The notes beneath the pieces were generated by a model, which was not told where the DNA came from, made no database searches, and worked only from the letters and a program-made list of their open reading frames with translations. Below, piece by piece: positions 29,027-38,161 of a stretch of 64,000 nucleotides of DNA. Made by a program: the position numbers and the translations under genes. Source of the stretch: Polyangiales bacterium (GTDB lineage: Bacteria; Myxococcota_A; Polyangia; Polyangiales; Polyangiaceae). Location of the stretch: NCBI GenBank assembly GCA_038231275.1, contig JBBRLQ010000002.1, positions 320,001 through 384,000 of the forward strand, in the 5' to 3' direction. Numbering within the stretch: position 1 is the stretch's first letter; each line of letters opens with the position of its first letter.

Positions 29027-29949
29027 GTGTCGAAGCCCGAATCGATACCTCCCGCTTCTGCAAGACCGCCGGGTGAAGCTCACTCATTTGCGGTAGCGGA
29101 AGACGGAACGCGGCTCTTCGTCCGCTCGAAGGACGACGCGCATGCGCAGGGATCGGTCCGGGCGTTCTTGTGCGACGGGATCGCTTGCGACGGCTTCATC
29201 TGGAAGTACGCGTGGAGCGATCTCTCGTCGCAGATGCCGCTCACACACTGGAATTACCGTGGCCATGGGCGATCTGCCCGGCCGCGCGATCCCGAGCGCA
29301 TCGACATCGCGGCCCACGCCGACGATTTGATGGCCGTGCGTCGTCACGTCGACGATCCGCCCGCGGTCCTCTTCGGTCACTCGATGGGCTGCCAGGTCGC
29401 GCTCGAGACGTACCGCCGCCACCCCGATAAGGTGAAGGGCCTCGTCCTCATTTGCGGGACGTACGGCAAGGTCACCTCGACCTTCAAGAACACGAAGGTC
29501 CTCGAGCTCATCCTGCCGAAGCTCGTCGACACCGTCATTCGCCACGAGAACGTGGCGCGCGCGATCTGGTCGCGGATCCCGCCGGACATGGCGCTGAAGA
29601 TCGCCCTCAAGGCCGGTGACATCGATCCGGAGAAGATCCGGCCGGAGGACATCCTCCCGTACCTCACGCACATGACGCACATCGATCTGCCGATGTTCCT
29701 CAAGATGCTGCGCGCGGCGGGCGAGCACTCGGCCGAGGATCTTTTGCCGAACGTGAAGGTGCCGACGCTGATCATCGCTGGAGAGCGCGACTCGTTCACG
29801 CCGCCGTTCTTGGCAGAGGCGATGGCGAAGGCGATCCCAGACGCGGAGCTACTCATGATCGAGCGCGGGACGCACGTGGCCTCGATCGAGCAGCACGAGA
29901 TCGTCGACGCGAAGATCGCCGAGTTCGTCCAAAGACGCATTCTCGCCCC

Positions 29950-29953
<4 letters not shown>
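29027..29953 (+). CDS. Alpha/beta hydrolase
   Basis: YRGHGRS, GHSMG nucleophile, GERD, GTH. Confidence 0.9.
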
Positions 29954-30876
<923 letters not shown>

Positions 30877-30883
30877 GGGCGCG

Positions 30884-31192
30884 CTAGTTCAGGACAACGT
30901 CGACGCGAAAAAACACCGTACGCGGTGCGCCACATTGCATGCAGAGTACATGGACCGGCCGGAGGCCGTCCTTCGCGGCGTGCTCCTCGACGCGCACCGC
31001 GCCTCCGCAGAGGGGGCACGGCATGCCGCGCGCCTCCAGCTCGACGAGCGACGCCGACGACACCACCATCGGGCGCGCTTCGCTGCCACCGGGCTCCAGG
31101 GCCGCGAGGCGAGCGCGATCCTTGACGAGGGCGCCGTACTTTCGCTCCTCCGCGCGCTTCTGGGTGCGCGGTCTCACGGGCTTCTTCGCCAT
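30884..31192 (-). CDS. Small basic zinc-ribbon protein
   Basis: CPLC...CMQC; Lys/Arg-rich N-terminus. Confidence 0.65.
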   Translation of the reverse strand: MAKKPVRPRTQKRAEERKYGALVKDRARLAALEPGGSEARPMVVSSASLVELEARGMPCPLCGGAVRVEEHAAKDGLRPVHVLCMQCGAPRTVFFRVDVVLN

Positions 31193-31211
31193 GCGAACGC
31201 TTGCCCGACGG

Positions 31212-32486
31212 TCAGTGTTGGACGATCACGACGTGGTGATCTTCGCGGACGCGGACGCTTCCTTGCTCGCCGGCGCACCCCCAGCACGAGGACCAGAGGA
31301 GATCTTGTCGACGGAACGGCTCGAACGCGAGCGCGATGGGCTCCACGTCGCCCAGCATGAGGAAGTACGACGCGAGGCGATACTTCTCTCCTTCGAGCGG
31401 ATAGAGCGCGACGATGAAGCTCATCGATTTACTGCGACCGGTCAGGACCTGCAGCTCGGCGCCGGGCTCGGGGCTCCAGAGGAGCTGCGTGTCGAGGTGG
31501 ACGCCGGGGTTCACCTTCTCCTTCATCTCTTTCAGGTGTCCGGTCTCGTAGACGCGGATGTCCTTGAGCGAGGCGAGCTCGGGGATGCCGGCGAAGATCT
31601 TCGCGACCTGTGCGGCGTCGAGCTTGGTGGGGCGGAACGCGGAGACGTTGGCGATCGGCGTGATGAACGCGGCGTTCGTCGACCCGGTGCAGCAGCGGAA
31701 CGTCATGTCGGACGCGCCGCGTGACTCGTTCGCGCGCGTTCGGTGCGCGCAGCGATGAGCTCCGGGGGACGGAGGTCCGGCGTCGCCGACCGGTGCTCCG
31801 ACGCCGCGGGCGGCCGCGACCGAGGCGGCACCTTCGATGGCGCTCGTGACCTGGCTCTGCGTCCACTCGCGGAGGACGCCCATCGCGCGGACGCCGTAGC
31901 CGCTCGCGCACGACGCCGGATCGCGCTCGCACGCGGTGTCCCATCCGTCGCCGGTGGCGTATTGATCCAGATCCTGCCCCTTGCAGGCAGCCTCCCACTC
32001 GAGCTCGGTGCAGAGCCGCGCGCTGCGTTCGCCGCAGAGCTTCGCGGCCTCGGCTCTGGTCACGCCGGTCTTCGGAGGGAGCGCGGGATCGTTGGGGTAC
32101 GGGAGCGCGTCGATCGAGAACGCCGAGAGGGTTACCGGTACGTTGATCGGCTCGAGCGTCGGATCGCGCGCGTCGTCCCCGGGGGTGCTTCCACTCGGGA
32201 ACGTATGCGCGGGGACGTCGATCGTCTCGCCGGCCTTCGCGGCGCTGCGGGCGCGGAGCTTCGCGGTCGACGTCGTGCGTGTCGCGAGCGCGGCGGCGGC
32301 GCCCACCATGGATCCCGCGTCGCTCGGCGCGGAGACCATCGCGGAGCGAAGCGTGGCGCTGCTGGTCGCCGGCGCCGCGGACGAGCCGTCGGTCGAGCCG
32401 CGACCGCAGGCCGACGCGACAAGGGCCATCGCGAAGAGACCGGCTACCGCGGACGAACGGGGAGCGCTGAACACACCGAACCGCAC
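31212..32486 (-). CDS. Lipoprotein with FGE-sulfatase (SUMF1) domain
   Basis: ASAC lipobox; F.ID..YPN, RLCTELEWEAAC, G.LREWT, FRCC. Confidence 0.82.
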   Translation of the reverse strand: MRFGVFSAPRSSAVAGLFAMALVASACGRGSTDGSSAAPATSSATLRSAMVSAPSDAGSMVGAAAALATRTTSTAKLRARSAAKAGETIDVPAHTFPSGSTPGDDARDPTLEPINVPVTLSAFSIDALPYPNDPALPPKTGVTRAEAAKLCGERSARLCTELEWEAACKGQDLDQYATGDGWDTACERDPASCASGYGVRAMGVLREWTQSQVTSAIEGAASVAAARGVGAPVGDAGPPSPGAHRCAHRTRANESRGASDMTFRCCTGSTNAAFITPIANVSAFRPTKLDAAQVAKIFAGIPELASLKDIRVYETGHLKEMKEKVNPGVHLDTQLLWSPEPGAELQVLTGRSKSMSFIVALYPLEGEKYRLASYFLMLGDVEPIALAFEPFRRQDLLWSSCWGCAGEQGSVRVREDHHVVIVQH

Positions 32487-32530
32487 ACCGTGGTGCTACC
32501 GAAGACGCGGCGATCCGGCCAAGAAAGGAG

Positions 32531-32875
32531 CTACGCGCGCGCCTTGCCGACCGCCGTGACCAGCGCCGTCATCGCGAGGAGCGCGAAGCCCATGATCCCC
32601 GGGCTCATCGACTCGGCGAAGCCCTCGATGAGGATCGCGTGCCAGTCGGTGGCGCCCTTCGTGATCATGGAGGCCGTCGCGAAGGCGGTCGCGCCGAGGT
32701 CCGCGGCGGTCCCCATGAACGTCGCGAAGAGCGTCGCGGCGCCCATCCAGACGATGAAGCCCTGGCTCCGCGGGTTGGGACGAAACGCGAACCAACCGGC
32801 GGCGGCGAGGGCCAAGAGCCCGAACGCCAGGATGAAGAACATCGGGAAGCCGCCGTTTCGAATCAGCGTCAGCAT
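32531..32875 (-). CDS. Small 3-TM membrane protein, MotA/TolQ/ExbB-like
   Basis: MLTLIRNGGFPMFFIL start typical of ExbB/TolQ-like proteins; three hydrophobic helices. Confidence 0.6.
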   Translation of the reverse strand: MLTLIRNGGFPMFFILAFGLLALAAAGWFAFRPNPRSQGFIVWMGAATLFATFMGTAADLGATAFATASMITKGATDWHAILIEGFAESMSPGIMGFALLAMTALVTAVGKARA

Positions 32876-32892
32876 CGGGACCTCGCGGACAA

Positions 32893-32918
32893 AACGCGCA
32901 GGAAGGCGCGGTGTGACA
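32893..32918 (-). promoter_or_regulatory. ECF promoter TGTCACA-N15-CGTT (leftward)
   Basis: Plus strand reads AACG-N15-TGTGACA; mirrors the rightward copy. Confidence 0.7.
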
Positions 32919-32946
32919 GTCTTTTGTCGCACGGCGCGCGAATCCT

Positions 32947-32972
32947 TGTCACATTCCCGGACGGGATGCGTT
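32947..32972 (+). promoter_or_regulatory. ECF promoter TGTCACA-N15-CGTT (autoregulatory, rightward)
   Basis: TGTCACA ttcccggacgggatg CGTT directly before the sigma gene. Confidence 0.7.
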
Positions 32973-32980
32973 CGGAAGGA

Positions 32981-33574
32981 GTGGTGGACACGGAAGACCA
33001 CGAGCTCGTGCAGGGGCTGCGGCGCGGCGAGCCTGCCGCGTTCAATCGCACGTATGCGAAATACCGCGCGCGTGTGTACGGGTTCCTCCTTCGCCTGAGC
33101 GGGCGTCGTGACGTGGCGGACGACCTCCTCCAGGAGACATGGATGCGCCTCGCGCGGTCGGCCGGAGATCTTCGCGAGGACACGGCGCTCGTCTCGTGGC
33201 TGTTCACGGTGGCACGCAACCAGTTCTTGAGCTTTCGGCGCTGGAGCGTCCTCGACGTGACCCGCCTCCTCTCGTTTGGCGCGGAGGGGCACGACACGGT
33301 CCCCGGTCCCGAGGCGAGGAGCGAGGCGAGCGCGCGGCTGTCGATCCTCGAGCGCGCCTTGCTCGAGCTCTCCGCGGACGCGCGCGAGGCGCTTGTGCTC
33401 GTCGCCGTCGAAGGGGTCGAGCAGGAGGAGGCCGCGCAAATTCTCGGCATCTCGTACGCGGCGTTGCGACAACGCCTCTCGCGGGCGCGCGCCGAGCTCG
33501 ACGAGCGGATCACGATCCTGGACGCGCGCGCGACGCGGGCGCTGGCCGACGCACGACGAAGAGGCACGACATGA
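32981..33574 (+). CDS. ECF RNA polymerase sigma factor
   Basis: ADDLLQETW, SWLFTVARN (region 2), EEAAQILGIS...RQRLSRAR (region 4). Confidence 0.93.
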   Translation: MVDTEDHELVQGLRRGEPAAFNRTYAKYRARVYGFLLRLSGRRDVADDLLQETWMRLARSAGDLREDTALVSWLFTVARNQFLSFRRWSVLDVTRLLSFGAEGHDTVPGPEARSEASARLSILERALLELSADAREALVLVAVEGVEQEEAAQILGISYAALRQRLSRARAELDERITILDARATRALADARRRGTT

Positions 33575-33858
33575 GCGACCACGACCACGAACGCGACCAC
33601 GACCGCGACCACGAACGCGACGCGGTCGACCGCGAGCTTCGCGCGTTGCCTTCGCATGATGCCGATGAACGAACGGCCGAGCGCGTTCGCCACGCGGCGG
33701 TAGACGTGTTTGTCGAGCGTCACGCGACGCGCGGTCGGCCGCTGCGCGCGATCGCCTCGAGGACGGCGCGTGCGGTGCCCGCGCTCGTCGTCGTCGGAAC
33801 GGTGGGAATTTACCTCACCTGGGCGATCTCGGCGGCCAACGCGTTGTTCGGGCCGTGA
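33571..33858 (+). CDS. Probable anti-sigma factor (His/Asp-rich N-terminus, one TM helix)
   Basis: ATGA overlap with the sigma gene; MSDHDHERDHDRDHERD..., C-terminal TM. Confidence 0.65.
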   Translation: MSDHDHERDHDRDHERDAVDRELRALPSHDADERTAERVRHAAVDVFVERHATRGRPLRAIASRTARAVPALVVVGTVGIYLTWAISAANALFGP

Positions 33859-33880
33859 CCGAAGCGTCGGCGAGAGATGG

Positions 33881-34648
33881 TCAACCCGCGCGGGCGGCGA
33901 CGGACGAGAGCCCCATCCGCTCGGCGACACCGTCGCGGTAGGTGGTCCAGAGGCCGAGCGCGCGCTGCGCCGCCGCGACGACGAGCTCCTCGAGACCCGG
34001 CGTCGTGTGTTCGAGCACCATCTTCCACGCGTCGGCGCGGTGCGCCCCCTCGACGTCACCGTGCGCGCGCGTCAGCTGCATCGCCGAGTGCGGGCACCCG
34101 TAGTGCACCACCAGGGCGTGGTTCTTCACGGCCTCTTCCCCGTGGAGGCGCCGGAACGTGCCCGCGAGCTCGGCCCGCTCGTTCACGCTCCCTTCGACGA
34201 AGACCGTCAGCACGCAGGCGGCGACCTGCCAGGGTGACGCGCCGCTCGCGTCACGGAGCCACTCGCGGTACGTGCGCGCGCTCGGATGTAGGGACTCGGG
34301 ATCGTCCTCGAAGTCGTCACGCGAAAACCCGAGCCCCTCCATCATGCGGAGGAAGAGCTCGGGGTGCGGCGCGCTCTTGCTGAGGCCACCGGTCTGCTCC
34401 TCGTACAGGTTCTCGGCCAGCGCACGCCGGACGTCGGCGAGTGGCGGTGTCTGACCGAGCGTCCGCGCGAGGAGGACCGGGAAGTCTCTCACGTACACCA
34501 TGTACTCGTGCCGGAAGTGCACGAGGAGCTGCGCGCGTGAGAGACCGGGGCGGGTCAGCGACGGGTAGGCCCAGTGGTGCTTCTGGTCCATGACGGTGAG
34601 GAGGCGCTCTTCGAGCGGACGACCGGACGCTACGACCTTGGTGCTCAC
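33881..34648 (-). CDS. Heme-oxygenase-like diiron protein (PqqC/TenA/CADD family)
   Basis: ENLYEEQTG...HPELF, FVEG, AHGDVEGAH. Confidence 0.8.
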   Translation of the reverse strand: MSTKVVASGRPLEERLLTVMDQKHHWAYPSLTRPGLSRAQLLVHFRHEYMVYVRDFPVLLARTLGQTPPLADVRRALAENLYEEQTGGLSKSAPHPELFLRMMEGLGFSRDDFEDDPESLHPSARTYREWLRDASGASPWQVAACVLTVFVEGSVNERAELAGTFRRLHGEEAVKNHALVVHYGCPHSAMQLTRAHGDVEGAHRADAWKMVLEHTTPGLEELVVAAAQRALGLWTTYRDGVAERMGLSSVAARAG

Positions 34649-34660
34649 CTTACGATCGTG

Positions 34661-34846
34661 TCACTCCTTCTCGAACGCGGCACCTTTTTGGTCGCTCTTG
34701 CGCGCCGCCTGTACGCAGACGTCGGCCACGTGGCGCTCGAACGCCGCCCTGCGGTCGTGGTGACGGTGGCACGCGCCGTGGAATTCCGAGGCGAAGCCGC
34801 CGATCGCCCCCGCCGCGAGGATCGCCATCAGGATGCGCCGCTTCAC
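34661..34846 (-). CDS. Small hypothetical membrane-anchored protein
   Basis: GTG overlapping the upstream TGA; KRRILMAILAAGAIGGF then His/Cys segment. Confidence 0.55.
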   Translation of the reverse strand: MKRRILMAILAAGAIGGFASEFHGACHRHHDRRAAFERHVADVCVQAARKSDQKGAAFEKE

Positions 34847-35451
34847 AGGCTCACCCCCTGACGGTACGGGCCACCACCGCCCCACGAGCGGAAGCCAGGT
34901 CCCTTCTCGACGAGCTCGGCGAGGGTCTGCTTCTGCTTCTCGTCGAGCACGGTGTGGATCTTCGCAAACGCATCGACGGTGGCGCGTCGCATCACCTGCG
35001 CGGCCTCGTCGATTTTGTGGGAGATCTCACCGAAGAGCGTCTCGTCGAACTGCTCCTGACGGATCGCGTTGGCGACCTCCGGGCGCGCGGCCTTCATGTC
35101 GCCGCGCACACGCTCCGCCGCCGCCCGCAGATCGTCGAGCGCGCCTTTGATCACCTTCTCCTGCCCGGGCGTGGTGTCGAGCCGCGAGAGGAGACGGCGT
35201 AGGAAGAACCAGCGGCCGAACGGTCCGCCACCTCCGCGTCCGCTCCACGGGCCCTCGCCGCCGCCCCAGCCGTGGTCGTGGCCATGCTCGTCGAAGCCAC
35301 TGCTTCCGCCGTAGCCGCCGTGCATGCCGTGGGAGCCACCGCAACCGCCACCTCCACCGTTGCCGCCGTAGCCCCAGCGCCGGCGACGCCCGAGGCGCGC
35401 CAACTTGATGAACCCGATCAAACACACCGTTCCAACGAGAAACCCGATCAT
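34843..35451 (-). CDS. Spy/CpxP / periplasmic heavy-metal-sensor-like helical protein
   Basis: N-terminal TM, Gly/His-rich linker, LDTTPGQ and VLDEKQK (LTxxQ-like) motifs; GGAGG RBS. Confidence 0.7.
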   Translation of the reverse strand: MIGFLVGTVCLIGFIKLARLGRRRRWGYGGNGGGGGCGGSHGMHGGYGGSSGFDEHGHDHGWGGGEGPWSGRGGGGPFGRWFFLRRLLSRLDTTPGQEKVIKGALDDLRAAAERVRGDMKAARPEVANAIRQEQFDETLFGEISHKIDEAAQVMRRATVDAFAKIHTVLDEKQKQTLAELVEKGPGFRSWGGGGPYRQGVSL

Positions 35452-35582
35452 ACTTGCCTCCAGCGAGTGGAACCGCTCCACGCGTAGACTGAATCGACCG
35501 GAACGATCGTTCGTCCTACGCCAGGGAACGTGCGCCGCGAGCCTTAAGCGCAGGTGTGCCGTCGTGTTAAGATTTGTGAATC

Positions 35583-36305
35583 ATGTGCGGCCGCGCGACG
35601 CTCTCCACAGGACCCGAGGACTTGGCGGAGACGTTCGATCTCGCCGAGGTGCCCGTGCTCTCGGCGCACTACAACATCGCGCCGTCGCAAGGGATGGCGG
35701 TGGTCCGACGCGTCTCTGCCGGCGAAGGCGCCGGCGCCGCGAGGAGGCTCGATCTGCTGAGGTGGGGGCTGGTGCCGTGGTGGGCCGAGGATCCGAGCAT
35801 CGGAAACCGCTTCATCAACGCGCGGAGCGAGACCCTGCTCGGCTCGCGCGCCTTCGGTGAGTCCGCGCGCCAGCGCCGCTGCCTCGTCGTGATCGACGGC
35901 TTCTACGAGTGGCAGCGCCAAGGGAAGAAGAAGCAGCCGTTCTTCATCCACCGCGCCGACGGCAAACCGTTCGCGCTGGCGGGGCTCTGGGAGAGGTGGC
36001 GCGCGAAAGGGGCGCCCAAAGACACGCCGCGCCTGGAGACGTGCACGGTGATCACGACGACGCCGACGACGTTGCTCGCCCGCGTGCACGATCGCATGCC
36101 GCTCGTGCTGGCGCCGTCCGAATGGGACGCGTGGCTCGATCCGAGCCGCGCCACCGACGAGGCGATCGCGCCGCTGCTCGTGCATCAGCAGGTCGAGGGC
36201 ATCGAGCTCGAGCTCTATCCGGTGAGCGAGCGCGTGGGCTCGCCGGCGAACGACGATGCGCACCTGATCGAGCGCATCCCCGAGCCTACTCTGTTCCCGC
36301 TGTGA
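35583..36305 (+). CDS. SOS response-associated peptidase (SRAP/YedK family)
   Basis: MCGR, YNIAPSQ, WGLVPWW, INARSE, GFYEW, HDRMP. Confidence 0.93.
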   Translation: MCGRATLSTGPEDLAETFDLAEVPVLSAHYNIAPSQGMAVVRRVSAGEGAGAARRLDLLRWGLVPWWAEDPSIGNRFINARSETLLGSRAFGESARQRRCLVVIDGFYEWQRQGKKKQPFFIHRADGKPFALAGLWERWRAKGAPKDTPRLETCTVITTTPTTLLARVHDRMPLVLAPSEWDAWLDPSRATDEAIAPLLVHQQVEGIELELYPVSERVGSPANDDAHLIERIPEPTLFPL

Positions 36306-36675
36306 GGGACGCGATCGACGCGATGTTGTCCTCCCAGTTCTTCCCGTCGAAGGGAGCGATCTCGAAGAGCTCGCGCGCGTCGCCGTCGAGGCAGCGCACG
36401 TTCACATCGACGCCTTCGGGGTGCGAGCGCGGTGTGTAGAACGGGTGGATGCCGCAGACCGCGCAGAACGTGTGGCGCGCCACGCCGGTGTTGAACCGGT
36501 AGATCATGAGGCTCTCCTCACCTTTGAGGATCGCGAAGCGGTCTTTTGAAACGATGAGGTGGAGGAACCCCTTCTTTCTGCAGATGGAGCAGTTGCAGTC
36601 GAGCGCGCGGTGCTCCTCGACCTCGACGCGAAATCGCACCGCTCCGCAGTGGCAGCCTCCTTCGTAGGCCTTCAT
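36286..36675 (-). CDS. GFA family protein
   Basis: GGCHCGAVRF, CNCSICRK, FCAVCG. Confidence 0.92.
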   Translation of the reverse strand: MKAYEGGCHCGAVRFRVEVEEHRALDCNCSICRKKGFLHLIVSKDRFAILKGEESLMIYRFNTGVARHTFCAVCGIHPFYTPRSHPEGVDVNVRCLDGDARELFEIAPFDGKNWEDNIASIASLTAGTE

Positions 36676-36834
36676 CGGGTCGAGGATAGGCGAGCACTGG
36701 CCACGCTGCGAACGTGACCGCCCGTTCTCGCTCGCGCTCCGCCGCGAGCGATTTCAGGACGTTGTGGGAGGTACGGGGCTTGAAGAGGGAGAGGTCGGCG
36801 ACCGACTTCGGGCGCCCGCTTTTTCGGAGGTCTC

Positions 36835-37608
36835 ATGGTTCGCGGGAAGGGTCTTGGGGTCGTGGCGGCCACGTGTCTCGTCGCGATCGCCGTCGGGTGC
36901 GGCGGCGGCGGGTCCACGACGTCCGACACCTTCGGGCCCGATCCGGACTTCGGCACGCTCGACGCGCGGCTGTCGACGCCGACGGGCACGATGTCCGCCC
37001 CGACGGTGGGGCTCGCGGCGGCGCTCCTCGACGCAATCCGTTCCCCGCAGGTGGGGATCGACGCGCTGACCCGCGTGACGCCGAGCAACACGTCGTGCGA
37101 CGCGCTCGGCCACCGCGACGCCGCCGGCACGTGCGCGTGCCCGGCCGGCGGGAGCTTCGCGTATGACTTCTCCGCGCTCGCCGATCACTCGTCAGGATCG
37201 GCTCCGAAGGTGGTGAGGATGCGCCTGTCCCGATGCCACACCGCCGATCTCGTCCTCGACGGAGAAGAGTTCGCGGAGCTGACGGACGGTGCGGCGTCGA
37301 TCGTCACGGCGCAGCTCGCCGTATCGCGCGTGGCGGCGACCGCTCCATCCTCCGAGGTCCCGCCTTCCTCCGACGTCGTGGTGTGGAGCACCGGCGCCGG
37401 TCTTTGGGCGCGCGTCGCGGTGAGCGATGGCGCGATCGTCGTGGGCTCCGCGGACTCCGCGTCCCCGTCTCCGTCGGCGTCCGCGCCCACGTCCCCCCTG
37501 GGAACTGTCACGGTGAAGGATCGCTCGACGACCTGGACCTGCTCGGTCACGGGACCCGAGCCCCTCTGCGCGGGAGTGCGCAACGAGGGGCTGGCACACA
37601 AGGCTTGA
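36835..37608 (+). CDS. Hypothetical lipoprotein
   Basis: AVGC lipobox, GGAGG RBS, CACPAGG. Confidence 0.65.
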   Translation: MVRGKGLGVVAATCLVAIAVGCGGGGSTTSDTFGPDPDFGTLDARLSTPTGTMSAPTVGLAAALLDAIRSPQVGIDALTRVTPSNTSCDALGHRDAAGTCACPAGGSFAYDFSALADHSSGSAPKVVRMRLSRCHTADLVLDGEEFAELTDGAASIVTAQLAVSRVAATAPSSEVPPSSDVVVWSTGAGLWARVAVSDGAIVVGSADSASPSPSASAPTSPLGTVTVKDRSTTWTCSVTGPEPLCAGVRNEGLAHKA

Positions 37609-37693
37609 ACCGTCCGGGGTACCCGCAGGGACGCGGTTTCCACCCGTCACCCACGGGCCTTCCGGGTGCCTCAGACGGTTCAATTTTTCTTTT
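37605..37693 (+). terminator. Long GC-rich hairpin followed by a T-tract
   Basis: TTGAACCGTC...GACGGTTCAA closing a ~25-bp imperfect stem with G.T pairs, then TTTTTCTTTT. Confidence 0.6.
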
Positions 37694-37832
37694 GAGTATA
37701 TTTTGATCCCCAAGTGAACCCGGCGTCCTGATTGTTTTCGTTTCAGTATATTACACTTAATATATTATACTAAGTATCGTATACTCAAACGAAGTGTGCG
37801 CCACGAGGCGGGATGCGAGGCGGCGCTATACT
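37684..37832. promoter_or_regulatory. AT-rich patch with repeated AGTATA/TATACT motifs in both orientations
   Basis: TTTGAGTATA 37691, TTTCAGTATA 37741, TATACT 37766, TATACTCAAA 37780, TATACT 37827. Confidence 0.55.
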
Positions 37833-37843
37833 CGTTGCGTCTG

Positions 37844-38161
37844 ATGCGCTCCTCCGCCCGTAGCGCGCTTGCGCTGATCCTCGTCGCCGTCGTCGTCACC
37901 GCCGTCGCCGCACCACGCGCCGACGCGCGCCCTCGCCCACCCGAGCTCACGGGATGCAAGGGAGACTGCAAGCAGACCGAGCGCAAGTGCGGCGGCGCCT
38001 GCATGAAGGTCCACAGCGGATGCGCGGGGCAATGCGGATGTCCGACGGGCCACCACTGCGCCGACGCATCCAAGAACTGCTTCGGATTGTGCAACGCCCG
38101 CATGCAAGGCTGCGTCAACGGCTGCCGCGCGACCTACTCCAAGTGCGCGGCCAAGTGCTGA
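37844..38161 (+). CDS. Secreted 14-Cys CX3CX6 repeat protein
   Basis: Signal peptide ending ADA; strictly periodic cysteines. Confidence 0.7.
   Translation: MRSSARSALALILVAVVVTAVAAPRADARPRPPELTGCKGDCKQTERKCGGACMKVHSGCAGQCGCPTGHHCADASKNCFGLCNARMQGCVNGCRATYSKCAAKC

Noticed and set aside
35583-36305. Prophage or SOS mutagenesis cassette around SRAP
   Set aside because: No integrase, phage, imuABC/dnaE2 genes or recognisable LexA box nearby.
37748-37775. Chromosomal dif site
   Set aside because: TTATACTAAGT matches the E. coli XerD arm at 8/11 positions, but the XerC side lacks the ATAA next to a 6-bp spacer; not supportable without a GC-skew check.
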